A DNA stretch of 64,000 nucleotides from Malacoraja senta (GCA_038087875.1 CM075992.1:4714001-4778000), one strand, 5' to 3'. Shown: positions 1 through 13,388, numbered from the stretch's first letter. The notes: generated from the letters alone by a model not told the origin. Translations and numbers: made by a program.

Positions 1-183
1 TGTGTGTGTGTATGTGTATGTGTGTGTGTGTGTGTGTGTGTTTGTGTGTGTGTATGTGTATGTGTGTGTGTATGTGTGTGTGTGTGTATGTATGCGTGTG
101 TGTGTGCGTATGTGTGTGTGTGTGTGTGTGTATGTGTGTGTGTATGTGTGTGTGTATGTATGCGTGTGTGTGCGTGTGTGTGC

Positions 184-218
<35 letters not shown>

Positions 219-651
219 TGTGTGTGTATGTGTATGTGTGTGTGTATGTGTGTGTGTATGTATGCGTGTGTGTGTGCGTATGTGTGTGTGTGTGTATGTG
301 TGTGTGTATGTGTGTGTACGTGTGTGTGTATGTGTGTATGTATGTGTGCGTGCGTGTGTGTGTGAGAGAGAGCGTGTGTGTGTGCGTGCCTGTCTGTGTT
401 TTTCTATGTCTGTGTGTGTGCCTGTGCGTGTGAGCGTGGGCATGTGTCTGCGTGTTTGTATGTGTGTACTGCGTGTGTGTGTTTCTGTGTGTGTGTGTGT
501 GTGTGTGCGTGTGTTTATGTCTGTGTGTAAGCATCTGAATATGTGCGTGTACGTGTATGTGTGTGTGTGTGTGTGTAAGCATCTGTATTTGTGCGTGTAT
601 GTGTATGTGTGGTGTGTGTGTGTGTGTATGTGTGTGTGTGTGTGTGTGTGT
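1..651. repeat. (TG)n-rich degenerate microsatellite
   Basis: Directly visible TG/TA/CG dinucleotide array. The Cys-Val ORFs over it are artefacts. Confidence 0.98.
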
Positions 652-753
652 TTTCCGAGTATATATGGTTGGGGGCGGCGATAGGAAAGCAAATAAAGGG
701 GGGAAATCTGTGATAGAGTAGTGACCAAGGAAAACTGCGAACCAGACACTTAC

Positions 754-3700
754 AGGGCATTCGTTCGTAGTAGACGATGATGCATTGTGTGTGATTGGAA
801 TCACAGGAGACAACGGAATCGGTGCATTTCTTCCCTTTGCCAATGCATTCACAATGGTTACACTCAAGGGCATGGGCTGCAAGGAAAAGCGAGCACTCGT
901 TTAGACACGAATTGTGGCATTCAAATCTCAAAAGGAAACTGCAAAGGTAATTGAACGGAACGAACTTGTCGGGTTAACTGGAGAAAGTATATAATTGCCA
1001 CGAGCTCTTGGTTCAGCTCTGGGGATAGTATGGACTTGTCCGGCCAAATAGCTACCTTTACCGCCGTGGCATTGAGAGAGGTAAAGTCAATGTGCGAGGT
1101 TGAGGAGGGTGTTAGCAGGTAGGTCGGAGGACGTTGAAACATTATCAACTAAGAGGAAACATATCATTGCAAACAGGTGACGATGCTGGAAATAGATAAC
1201 TTATTAGGCATGGTGGAAAACAATTCCTCCAGTTTGATGACTTCGAAAAGATCATCCACACATTTATCTCCTCCCGCCTAGATTACTGCAACTCCCTCTA
1301 CACTGGCATCAGCCAATCTTCCCTGTCCCGCCTGCAACTGGTCCAAAACGCCGCAGCGAAACTCCTGACGGGCACCCGAATAAGGGACCACATCACCCCG
1401 ATCCTGGCCCCTCTCCACTGGCTCCCTGTGCGGTTCCGAATAAATTACAAGATCCTCCTTTATGTCTACAAAGCCCATAATGGGCTTGCTCCCACCTACA
1501 TCGAAAGTCTGCTTATCCACCACTCCACCTCCAGGCCCCTCAGATCGGCCGACTTGGGGTTACTGACCATCCCGCGGTCTAGGCATAAGCTCAGGGGCGA
1601 CCGCGCCTTTGCGGTTGCAGCTCCTAGACTGTGGAACAGCATCCCTCTTCCCATCTGAGCTGCCCCCTCCATCAACTCCTTTAAGTCGAGACTTAAAACT
1701 CATCTTTACTCTCAAGCCTTTCTTGACGTCCCCTGAGTGAGGGCTAGATGTATGTATTTATGTATGTACTTAATCTATGAACCACTGTTGTATAACGTTA
1801 GTACCTCCACCAATGTAAAGCACTTTGGCCAACGAGAGTTGTTTTTTATATGTGCTATAGAAATAAAAGTGACTTGACTTGACTTGAAAGAAGTTATGCG
1901 ATTTTAAGTTGAGCGTGCGCGTGTGTGTTTGTGTGGGTGTGTTATGCATGTGTGTGTTTGTATTTGTGTGTGTGTTGTGTGTGGGTGTATGTGTGTGTGC
2001 GTGTGTGTGTGTGTGTTGTGTGTGTGTGTGTGTGTGTGTGTGGGTGTGTGTGTTGTGTGTGTGGGTGTATGTGTGTGTGCGTGTGTGTATGTTGTGTTGT
2101 GTTGTGTGTGTGCGTGTGTTGTGTGTGTGTGTGTGTTGTGTGTTGTGTGTGTGTGTGTGTGTGTTGTGTTGTGTGTGTGGGTGTATGTGTGTGTGCGTGT
2201 GTGTATGTTGTGTTGTGTTGTGTGTGTGCGTGTGTTGTGTGTGTGTGTTGTGTGTGTGTGTGTGTTGTGTGTGCGTGTGTGTATGTTGTGTGTGTGTGTG
2301 TGTGTGTGTGTGTTGTGTGTGTGTGTGTGTTGTGTGTGCGTGTGTGTATGTTGTGTGTGTGTGTGTGTGTGTGTTGTGTGTGTGTTGTGTGTGTGTTGTG
2401 TGTGTGTGTGTGTGTGTTGTGTGTGTTGTGTGTGTGTTGTGTGTGTGTGTGTTGTGTGTATGTTGTGTGTGTATGTGTGTGTGTGTGTGTGTTGTGTGTG
2501 TGTTGTGTGTGTGTGTGTGCGTGCGTGTGTGTTGTGTGTGCGTGTGTGTATGTTGTGTGTGTGTGTGTGTGTGTGTGTTGTGTGTGTTTGTGTGTGCGTG
2601 TGTGTGTTGTGTGTGTGTGTGTGTTGTGTGTGCGTGTGTGTATGTTGTGTGTGTGTGCGTGTGTGTGTGTGTGCGTGTTGTGTGTGTGTGTGTGTGTGTT
2701 GTGTGTGTTGTGTGTGTTGTGTGTGTGTGTGTGTGTGTGTTGTGTGTGCGTGTGTGTGTGTGTGTGTGCGTGTGTGTGCGTGTGTGTATGTTGTGTGTGT
2801 GTGTGTGTGTGTGTGTTGTGTTGTGTGTGTGCGTGTGTGTTGTGTGTGTTGTGTGTGTTGTGTGTGTGTGTGTGTGTCTGTGCTTTTGCGTGTACCTGTG
2901 TGTGCGCGTGCATTTGTGCGTGCGCGTGTGCGTGTTTGTGTGCGTGTTTGTACGTGTGTGTGTGTGTACATGCGTGTGTCTGCGTGTGGGTGTTAATCCA
3001 AGAGCTGTTAATCATTGCTAAACCCTCTGGAACAGATCTAAATCGAGTGAATTGAATGGGGACAGAGATAAGAGACAAGAATAATGTAGGAATGGTGAGG
3101 AGCAGAACACGACTGCTGTTGAAAATGTGAGGTACTAGATGCTGCGGGAAAAAAGCAAGTGTTTACAAAGTGTTCGAGTAAAGGGCCTGTCCCACTTACG
3201 TGTCCTTGGCACGCAAATTACGCGACCTCAGCGGGTCAGGCGGATATATATGGAGAAAAGGGATGGGTGACGTTTCGGGTCAAGATCCTTCTTCAGGCCC
3301 CTACGTGGAATCTGGTTATTTGCTTCAATATTTTATTTTTCCAAAATGCTTGAGCCTAAAAGTTAAATTAATTATGAAATGACTCTCTCTTTGCGATTTA
3401 AATGAATTTGGCTCGGATATTCTTGGAAAGGACTAAAATATATCGAGAGTTCCGCCCTCTTCTGTTCCCGATACACACCGTGTCTTGTGTTACGGAGCAG
3501 TGAGAGACACAATGGGTGAAACTCTGGAGAGACCATTATTTTTTCAAGCCAACACAATCTCACGTTTGTCTTCAAACAGCCTGGGGCATAGCTTGTAATG
3601 ATCAGTGTTACAGACGCCATTAGGTGGGGCACACAAAGCAGAGACTAGATAGAGTGTGTTTACAGGATGACCTCGTTTCGCTTTTTCAGCCTTTGCTTAA

Positions 3701-4184
3701 ACTTTAATCGCAGGCTGTATGCCCTCAAAAACTAAACTTATTTTTCTCACTCGCTACTAATCTGCAGTGGTCTCCCGGTGCTTTGGGTTACACTCCTTTA
3801 TCCGTGGATAATCTGCCTTTCCCAATCCCCTTCCCCAACCCAGACAAGTGCACACACACACTTCCTTAACTCCTACATTTCACCATCTCTCATACATTCC
3901 GTGTTTGGGATGCCCCGTAAAATATTCATTTTCTATGCCACGGCACTCTGATGTATCTGTGCGAAGATCTCTTGATTCTCTCTTTCTTTGTATCTGATAA
4001 TGTATTTCTGATCCTTCCCTTCAATCAATGAAGGCCCCTCAACCCCCTCTCTCTTGTACCAAGGGTCCCGAAAGTGCTTCTATCTTCTCATTCCCTGGTC
4101 CCTCCAACCCCTATGTCTGAGAATGTCCCTCCCTCTCTCATTTCTATCTATCTATCTCCCTCTCTCATTTCTATCTCTCTCATT

Positions 4185-4263
<79 letters not shown>

Positions 4264-5295
4264 ATTATACACACACACACACGCGCGCGCGCGTTTTCTT
4301 GCATGAATACCCAACTAACTATTTCCCCCTGTACAACACTAGACAGGACCCGCCCCGACAGTCGCCAATCCATGTTATCCAGAGATGCTGCCTGACCGCA
4401 GTGTTATTCCAGCACTTTGTGCCTTTATTTTGTAAACCAGCATGTGCAGTTCTTCGGGTCTACTCTCTCTGTCTCTGTTTCCGCCTGTACCAGTGCGGGT
4501 CTCCTGTATCCGAGGAGGTCTCTGTACCCCTCCCTCAAGTATCTGTAAAGATCTCTCTTATGCTTCCATAGTCTATCTGATAAAATCTTCCTAGCCTTCT
4601 TTCTGTATCCGGAAAAGTCCACCTACCCCTTTCTCACGCACCTTTATCTGAGAAGGTGCAATGCGCTCTATTGACATTCCTATTTTTAGGGTCTTCCACT
4701 ACGACACTACTCCCACCACTGCCGCCCTCACATCTCTTTGCCCATTGATATTCCCGGGAAAACACATCACGGAGCCCTGTTCCATGCTTCTTGCACCTCG
4801 GCCTCGAATAATGAAAGGCTTTGATGGAGTAGATGTGGAGAGGATGTTTCCACTATTGGGAGAGCCTAGGACTAGAGTCTCAGAATTAGAGGATGTTCCT
4901 TTAGGAAGGAAATGAGGAGGAATATCTTTCGTTAGAGCGTGGTGAATTTGTGGAATTCTTTGCCATAGACGGCTGTGGAGGCCAAGTCAATGGACAATGT
5001 TATGGCAGAGATAGATAGATTCTTGATTAGTACGGGTGTCACGTGTCATGGGGAGATGGCAGGAGAATGGGGTTTGGAGGGAGAGATAGATCAGTCATGA
5101 TCGAATGGCGGAGCTGACTTGATGGGCCGAATAGCCTAACTCTGCTCCTGTCACTTATGACCTTCTGACCTTATGGCCTTGCCCCGATCTCCTTTCAACC
5201 CTCAGGTGAGGATTGCTGTCAAAACGTGGACGGCGTGGACACTCACCCCAAGAGGCAGCAGCAGCGACGAACACGAGAATGTGTGCAATGGTCAT
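754..5295 (-). CDS. Secreted Ly6/uPAR (three-finger, LU-domain) protein, 5' part: exon 1 5295-5247, exon 2 876-754; the rest lies left of the window
   Basis: Exon 1 has a good start context (gacgccATG), encodes MTIAHILVFVAAAASW and ends in a phase-1 donor G|GTGAGT. Exon 2 has acceptor ttccttgcag|, encodes AHALECNHCECIGKGKKCTDSVVSCDSNHTQCIIVYYERMP and ends in donor T|GTAAGT. The phases match. A signal-peptide exon followed by an LxCxxC...C...C...C exon is the standard Ly6/uPAR layout. Confidence 0.8.
1218..1886 (+). mobile_element. L2-clade LINE 3' fragment
   Basis: Translates to ...ISSRLDYCNSLYTG...LQLVQNAAA...HITPILAPLHWLPV...RAFAVAAPRLWNSIP, an L2-type ORF2 C-terminus. It ends in AATAAA plus a (GACTT)n tail. 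Confidence 0.9.
1912..2990. repeat. (TG)n/(TTGTG)n microsatellite array
   Basis: Directly visible. Confidence 0.98.
4130..4292. repeat. (TC)n plus (CA)n/(CG)n microsatellite
   Basis: Directly visible. Confidence 0.95.
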
Positions 5296-5910
5296 GGCGT
5301 CCTTTGTGTGTGTTTACCGGGGCGCTGAACAGAGACCGCCAGTGAGTCAAATATACGTCCGATCGCACCATCCGTGTCCGACCCTTTGTGTGAGAGTTAG
5401 TTTACTTTTGTCATTAAATCTCCGCTATCTGGGTCAGATGGTAATCCGTCAACAGCCCATCCCGCGAAATATAATTCAGTGGAGTCTGATTTCCAAACCC
5501 TTTGTTATTTTATACTGCGAGCCCGGCTTATTATTTTACCGCCTTCTTTTCTCTACATTTTCTGAGTGTGTCCCCTTAACTTATACAGATCCCGACTCAA
5601 AATGAAAATAAAACCAGTCACCGAACGTGTCACTGAACACGATGGGTAAAAGAAACAAGAGTTTAAACAACATTTCTAAGGTCAGGAAACTGACCGGGGA
5701 ATTCCAGAGGACAGGCGCTGAACGAGTTAATGTTGGCACCGAATCTCGGAAAGACATATCAAAGCAGGTGACAAAAAGTGTACAGGAAGTAACTGCAAAT
5801 GTTGGTTTACACCGAAGATAAACACGAAAAGCTGGAGAAACTCAGCGGGCCAGGCAGCATCCCTGGAGAAGAGAGAATAGGTGATGTTTCGGATTGGAGC
5901 TTTACGTTTT

Positions 5911-6078
5911 TAAGAAGGAACTGCAGATGCTGGAAAATCGAAGGTAGACAAAAATGCTGGAAAAACTCAGCGGGTGCAGCAGCATCTATGGAGCGAGGGA
6001 AATAGGAAACGTTGCCTATTTCCCTCGCTCCATAGATGCTGCTGCACCCGCTGAGTTTCTCCAGCATTTCTGTCTACC
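5911..6078. mobile_element. Palindromic Penelope-terminus insertion with 17-bp TSD
   Basis: Fold-back of the Penelope terminal sequence. TTGGAGCTTTACGTTTT flanks it at 5894-5910 and 6079-6095. Confidence 0.85.
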
Positions 6079-7529
6079 TTGGAGCTTTACGTTTTGGGTC
6101 AGGACCCTTCTTCTGACTGGTCACAAGGAAGGCGAGCAAAGCTTCAGAAAGGCAAGAGAAAGAGTCTGAAGAAGGGTCCCGACTCCCGACCCAAAACATC
6201 ATACATCCATGTTCTCCAGAGATGCTGCATGATCCGCTGGCCCAACACAGCACTTTGTGTCCTTAAATCAAAATGCCTGTCAGGGTACCCCATCGGGAAG
6301 TTGCTCTTGATAATAGACACAAAATGCGGGAGTAACTCAGTGGGACAGGCAGCATCTCTGGAGAGAAGGAATGGATGACGTTTCGGGTCGAGACCCTTCT
6401 TCAGACTGGTGTCAGGGGAGTGGGCGGGACAGAGATAGGATGTAGTCGGAGACAGTAAGGCTGGGAAGGGGAGGGGATGGAGAGAGTGGGAAAGCAAGGG
6501 CTATTTGAAGTTAGAGAAGTCATTGTTCATACCGCTGGGGTGTAAGCTACCCTAGCGAAATATGAGGTGCTGTTCCTCCAATTTGCGCTCGGACTCTTTT
6601 TTTCCCTTCTTCTGACTGGCCATGGGAAAGTCTGAAGGTCCCAACCCGAAACGTCACCCATTCCTTCTCTCCAGAGATGCCTCCTGTCCCGCTGAGTTAC
6701 TCCAGCATTTTGTGTCTAGGTGATGTTTGGGGTCGAGACCCTTCTTCAGAACGGTGACAAAAATCTTGGCGAATTCAGAACATTTCTACACAATTTTTTA
6801 TTGTCGACTACCGAGAAGTGTTGTAGCTAAACTGGTACTGGTTGGCTATTTCTGTATTGTGTCTGTATTGTGTCTTAGTATTACAAGCCAGATATCAACA
6901 GTCTGACTTCGTAGCTCTCGAGAACGGACCGAGGGATTTTTTTAAATATTTTCCTTCACACAGAAACCCTAGGAAGAGAGGACGATTTCTTCCCCTGAAG
7001 TATCTTCAAGCTACTGCCAGATATCCAGTCATTGTGCATCAATCCTTGCATTAATCTCATTTTGTCCATCCCCAGAGAGAACATACTGCGCTTTACAGAG
7101 TGTGGGGAGATTCTAAGACATTATGTGCGGGGGGACCGTACTCGTTGTTTCAACTAAATGCGAACACGGATTAATGATTAATGTTGGCAGAGCATTTATT
7201 TTCAGGCAGGCTCTACCGATTTGTTTCGTGAAGTGTGCAATTGCCGTTTGGCTCGCAATCAGGAAGGATTCACTTTGTAATTGATCAGCTGGTTCCAGGA
7301 ACTTCGGAACCTCTCTCTGCTCCTGTTTCCGTTCGCGTGTGAATGTTTAACCAGCGGCTTCAGAGCCAAAAGTCATTAACACGGACAAAAATACACACGC
7401 GTGTTCATGTGTGACAAGCGGCCCATAGACCAAAGCCAAGAATAACTCAACCCACAGTCTCATCCAGAACTGGACAGACATCCTCAGTTGTACAGACCAC
7501 AGCCCAACCCAATAATTCTCCCCAACACA

Positions 7530-10156
7530 ATGAAAGCTTTGATCCTGATTCTTGGCCTTCTATTACTTCCCCCAGACCTTCAGTTGGTGGGTGAGTATAT
7601 CTCTGCTTCTCCGATCCCCATCCAAAATATATGGGTTGTTTTAGAAAGAACCCCCGGTTTCTGTTTTTGCGCGAATAAGACTCGGGACTTACGTTTGCCG
7701 AACCATGGGTGGTAGAGCTGCTGGCTCGCAGCGCCAGAGACCCGGGTTCAATCCCGGGTGCTGTCTGTGCGGAGTTTGGGTTTCCTCCGGGTGCTCCGGT
7801 TATTTCCCCCACACCCAAAAACTGTTAATTGGCCTCTGTTAATTTCACCTGGTGAACAAGGAGTGGGTGACCAAGTGGGAGAACGTGGAACTAGTGTGAA
7901 AGGATAGTCGATGGCCGGCGGGCCGAAGAGCCTGTTTCCATGCTACATCTATGAACCTAAAAAAACCAAGCTAAACTGGGCATCCTGTAAGGATTGGAAC
8001 TGATGGTTGTAGGCGATGCTTCTCCCTCCTTCTTACTCTAAATCAGAACCCAGGAATCCCCGGCTGATGGGATAATCTGGACCTCTGCCTGTCTCTGTTG
8101 TAAACTGACCCAGTAACTTTGCTGGAAGCGGAGAACAAATGTAAAGACGGACCTTTCATGTCAGAGAGAAACTCTCCTGATCCGATGCTTCTGAATCATG
8201 AGAGAGGGGGTTGGGGGGCCTTCATTTATACAGAAGGGAAGGATCAGAAATACATTATCAGATACAGAGAGGGGCAATATAGCTGCTACAACACCGCTCT
8301 TAAAACCCTAAATCAATATAGACCCCCGATGCTGTCTGTGTGGAGTTTCGTGTGATCGCGTGGGTTTTCCTTTGGCATCACAAAGCGGCTTGGGTAAATT
8401 AAATGTTCTCGTTTTCCCTCTTGAGTGTGGCAATCCGGGGGCAGATGGTGGGAATGTGGAAGAATAAAAAACAATGCTTGATTGCCGATCCAGACTGATT
8501 GGCTTCAACCGTGGCTCATTGGGCGGTTATCTCGCCTCACGGATCCAGATTCTGGGGGTCAAATGCATAACATTTTTTCAGTGCAGGATGGAGTGAGCGC
8601 TGCTATTTCTCAGCTCGGATGTTAACCTTTTCCTTTCCCAGCCTCGAGTAAACAAACCCACAGCGATCTGTTGGAGGTAAAGTATCCCCCTCCCCCCTCC
8701 CCCCCTCCCCCCCCCCCACCCCATCAATAATTCTCTAACAAACACATTAAAAAATGATGATAAATGTCGATTATACAGCGGTTCGATCTCGCTGAGTAAA
8801 AAAATGACTTAGCGGCACAGTAGTTGGTAGAGCTGCTGCCTCACAGCTCTAGCGACCCGGGTTCGATCCTGACCTCGGGTACTGCCTGTGTGGAGTTTGC
8901 ACGCACTCCCGGTGAGCGTGTGGGTTCTTTGCTCCCATCCCACATCCCCAAAACAACAGGTTTGTAGGGTAATTGGCTTCTGCAAAAATGCCGCCGCTGA
9001 TATGTAAGGTGTGGACAAGAAAGCGGGTGGCATCGAAATGGTGTGATGGTCGGCGTGGACTCCGTGGGTCGAAGTGCCCGTTTCCATGCTGCATCACTCA
9101 CCAAAACTAAACTACCTTCCGACTTCACGTGCGGCAATGTGCTGGGGTTGTCCTGATCTTGTGAAAGATGTGATGAAAATGCAATTGACATTAAGGGCGG
9201 CATCGTAGCGTAGCGGTATAGCTGCTGCCTTACTGCACCAGAGACTCGGGTTCGATCCTGACTACGGGTGCTGTCTGTTCAATATCCCTCTTGAGGAATG
9301 TGTCTCTTCTCTTTACACTCATTACCAACATTTATCTGTCCAATGAATCTCCAATTTAGGATATCCTAGAACGGGATAGCTGGGAAAACAAGTTTAATTT
9401 TTTTTTAGATTAGGGATACAGCATGAAAACAGGCCATTCGGCCCACTGAATACACAACGACCATAGATCACCCATTCAAACTAGTTCTATATTATCAAAC
9501 TTTCACTCCCTACACATTGGGGGTGATTTACAGAAGCCAATTCACCCACAACCCCGCATTTCTTTGGGATATGTGGGAACGTCGTGTGTGTTTTCTCAGA
9601 GATCCGGTTTCCTCCCACGCTCCAAAGACCTATAGGTTTGTAGGTTAATTGGCTTGGTATAAGTGTAAAATTGTCCCTAGTGTGTGTTGGGTCGTGTTAA
9701 GGGCCTGTCCCACTTGGCGATTTTTCGGCGACTGCCGGCATCATGGACTGACGTATCAGGTCACCAAAAATTTGCGGCGTGATGGCGTATTGACGCGCGG
9801 TGTTTTTTTCAAGTGTCGCAACATTTTTTTTTGTCGCCGCTAGAATTTGAAATGTTCAAAATCTTTTGGCGACCCTGATATGACGCCGGCAGTCGCCGAA
9901 AAAAAAAAATCGTCAAGTGGGACAGGCCCTTAAAGTTGCGGGGATCGCTTGTCGGTGCGGACTCGGTGGGCCGAAGGCTGTATCTCTATACTAAACTAAA
10001 CTAAGACTATTAACCATTGATTCATCTTGGTTTACAGATTCGAGCACCATAACCTGCAAATATCTCAAAGGATCCTGCAGCGTTCTCCCGTGTGAGCCGA
10101 ACTATAACGAAGGAAAGCGACTGTGCGATGATGGGACCGATTGCTGCTATCCGTGA
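7530..10156 (+). CDS. Beta-defensin-like peptide precursor, 59 aa (exon 1 7530-7590, exon 2 10038-10156)
   Basis: Exon 1 encodes the signal peptide MKALILILGLLLLPPDLQLV and ends G|GTGAGT. Exon 2 follows tttacag| and encodes DSSTITCKYLKGSCSVLPCEPNYNEGKRLCDDGTDCCYP*. The spacing is C-X6-C-X4-C-X10-C-X5-CC with a GxC motif. The phase-1 intron matches, and AATAAA is at 10283-10288. Confidence 0.85.
7705..7965 (+). mobile_element. HE1-type tRNA-derived V-SINE (one of many copies in the window)
   Basis: tRNA-like head (GGTAGAGCTGC...GGTTCAATCC), central V-like domain and CR1-like GGGCCGAAGAGCCTGTTTCC tail. Confidence 0.8.
9700..9930. mobile_element. MITE (non-autonomous DNA transposon) nested in a SINE
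   Basis: TIRs AGGGCCTGTCCCACTT / AAGTGGGACAGGCCCT in a TA/TTAA context. The superfamily is uncertain, possibly PIF/Harbinger-like. Confidence 0.85.
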
Positions 10157-11509
10157 TGGTCCACATTGCCCGGTGTGGCCGTCCAACCTGCATCACCCCA
10201 AGCTCACACTGGGAGAAAGGTTCAGCCTTCCAACTCACCCTGAATTTGCCTCTGATGGTTAAACAATGGGCGGATTTTAAGAAATAAAACTCTACCGACC
10301 TACCGCTGGTAGTGTCCTTTCTTTGTCTCCTTCTTGTGCACCGTGTGTGGCGATTGTGACCTGGGAAATGTAAAGTGTGAAAGGTGGGGATTGTGGTGAG
10401 ATGGTGAATATCTCGTCTTTCCATCTCTAATGTTCACTATCACACTCCCTCTCTTTAGCGAGCCTTATTTCTGTCTAACCAGCGGTAGACACAAAATGCT
10501 GGAGAAACTCAACGGGACAGGCAGCATCTCTGGAGAGAAGGAATGGGCGACGTTTCGAGTCGAGACCCTTCTTCAGATTCATCTACTCTTTGTCACATTT
10601 CCAATCCTTATGCATTCCTAAATGTTTTGTCTCACGCCACTGCAAGAATTTCGTTGTTCCGTTTATCAACATCACAATGCAACACCCTTGACTCTTAACT
10701 CTTCAATCCTTGATCCAATTTCTTCCTGTCCGTTTTTCTATCTGTCTGGATTGACAAGGAACTGCAGATGCTGGTTCGCAAAAAAAAAGGCTCAAAGTGC
10801 TGGAGTAACAGCGGGTCACGCATCATCTCTGGACAACATTGTTAAGTGACGTTTCAGGTCGGCACACTTCTACGGTCTCAAGAAGAAGTGTCCGCTACCC
10901 GAGACGTCACCTATCTATATTTTCCAGACATGCTGCCTGACCCGCCGTTACTCCAGCACTATGTGCCTTTTTTTGCTATTTGTCGGCCTGTCTATCTGTC
11001 TCTCCCTCTAACTCTCGTTCTCACCTATATATACCCTGGCCTCTGCCTTTGATGTCTATGGATCAAGAAGACCACGACAAAGTAGTCTTTCTAAAATTCT
11101 CTATCGCCGTCACCCATCGCCTGAAATGTCCTCATATCCCTATAATTCCGTCCGATCCCATGACATTCCTTCCTCCCTCCGGTCCTTAAACCTCGACAAT
11201 GGATTCTGAATTGTTTAGGCACTAGTAGCGCTCAGCTCACAACACGGGTAAAGCTGTAACAAGAGCTGTAAAAATAGGGAGAGAAAGGGGATATTTCTTC
11301 AGTATGCGATGGAGTAAATGAATCGCAGCAACAACAAAAAAAGACACTAGGTGCCGGAGTATCTCAGCGGGATAGACAACTCTCTGGAACATGGATTGGT
11401 GACGTTTCGTGTTGGGACCCTTCACACATTTTGGGGGGTGGAGGGGGATCCGCATCGATTTCTCCCCCGCCCCATCACCTTCGTCCTCTACTTCCTCTGA
11501 CTCCACAAT

Positions 11510-11850
11510 TTGCACCTAATCCTTATCTCACCAAACGGATCTTTGCCCCAGCCCCGCACGGCCCTATTTACCTTCTCCCCAAAATGCACAAACATGACTG
11601 TCCTGGCAGACCCATTGTTTCTGCCTGTTCCTGTCCTACCGAACTTATTTCCACATACCTCGACTCCATCCTATCACCCCTGGTTAAATACCTGTCTACT
11701 TATGTTCAAGACACCTCAAACGCTCTTCGTATACTCCTGGACTTCCGTTTTCTAGGGCCCCATTCCCTCATCTTCACCATGGATGTCCAGTCACTCTACA
11801 CCTCCATCCCCCACCAGGAGAGTCTCAAAGCCCTCCGTTTCTTCCTCGAA
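11510..11850 (+). mobile_element. Penelope-like element reverse transcriptase fragment
   Basis: IYLLPKMHK...PGRPIVSAC...YVQDT...IFTMDVQSLYTSIPHQE are Penelope RT motifs. Confidence 0.9.
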
Positions 11851-13388
11851 TCCTCAGGGTGTGTCTTTGCATCTCTCGCATTGGTCCAACCATCTGTCAT
11901 GTCATAAGTGATAGGGGCAGAATTAGGTCATTCGGCCCATCAAGTCTACTCCGCCATTCAATCGTCTGTCTGCGAATCCCCCTCCCTCCCTCACCTCTAT
12001 CTACCCATCACTTGCCAGGCTTTGTCTCGCGCCCTCTTCCGTTCAAGTCCCCCCTTCACTACCACGATCAGTCCAAAGAAAGATCTCAAGCCGAAACGAT
12101 GCAGTGTATTTCATGTCGCAGCGTAGAAGGGGGTGCAACGTATAATAAGATAGAAATCAAGAGGAGCTGAATTGCAGAAGCTGTCTGAAGGAGGTGTGTA
12201 GGTGTGTTAATCACAGCTGATCTGTCAGGACGACTGCACAACGATGCAGATGAATGAGAATATGGGAGAAAGGAGGAGTGCTGGAACTCTGAGTGATGGA
12301 GTATATATTTGTGTCATAGAATCATACAACTTCAAAACAGGCTATTCGGCCCACCGCATGTCTGCCAACAATCAGTCACTCAACCACGGATCCAATTTTC
12401 TTCTGAATTTGGGTTTCGACCCCAAACGTTGCCTATTTCCTTCTCTCCATAGATGTTGCCTCACCCGCTGAGTTTCTCCAGCATTTTTTTCTATCTCCCA
12501 TTTTCTTCTCCCTACATGACATCGACTTCCACCAGATTGTACTATTCATCTGTGCACCAGGGAATATTTACGGTGCAATGACCAACCAGTTTGCATGTGC
12601 TTCGGACGTTGGAGTTAACAGGAATGTCACCAATCAGATCACATTACCGCACCTCACACTCAACACCACATTTCTGGAATTTGTCTGCATCAGAACTGAC
12701 CAACTTTGTTATAGATCACGATCTACGATACCAGAGCCCTGTTACTTGAAAAACATGGTTTATTTGTTTGTATCATTCCCCTCCAACAGGCACCATTAAC
12801 CGGGCAGCTTTAACAAGGTTGGCCTCGGCATATCTCAAGCGTTCCCTTTATATCTAGGCCTGGATATAGTGGATGTTTCCACTTTTGGGAGAGTCTATGA
12901 CCAGGGGCCATTGCCTCGGAATGAAAGGACGCGGTGAATCTGTGGAATTCATGGCCACGGGCGGCCGAAATTTCGTTCAGACCGAAAGGTCTGAATGACA
13001 AATAAAGGAATCTCTAATCTCTAATCTCTGTAGAGGCCAAGTCACTTTATACTTTTAAGATTGTGAAATTCTTGATTAGTAAGGATATCAGGAGTTATGG
13101 GGCGTGGGCAGGAGACTGGGGGTTGAGAGGGAGAGCTTGAGAGGGAGAGATAGATCATCCATGATTGAATGGCGGAGTAGACGATGGGCCGAAGAGCCTC
13201 ATTCTACTCCGAGAACGTATGGACTTTTAGATACACCCGCATCTCCTACAACTCCTCTACAACTTTAAATGAACTCTCCCGTTCGTGACGGGGCATCTTC
13301 GACCTTAAAGCGAAATAGAGGGCCATTGGCCCTGTGAAATGGGAATTACCTCTGTATCTCGGTGGAAAACGTGGACATTTAGGCTGAT

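Noticed and set aside
1..3078. Long Cys/Val and His/Thr ORFs (also 51628-52584 and 39857-40368)
   Set aside because: They are translations of microsatellites.
754..5295. Identification of the Ly6 gene as Bouncer/SPACA4
   Set aside because: Bouncer has an intronless CDS, whereas this gene is intron-split and shows no specific similarity I can verify.
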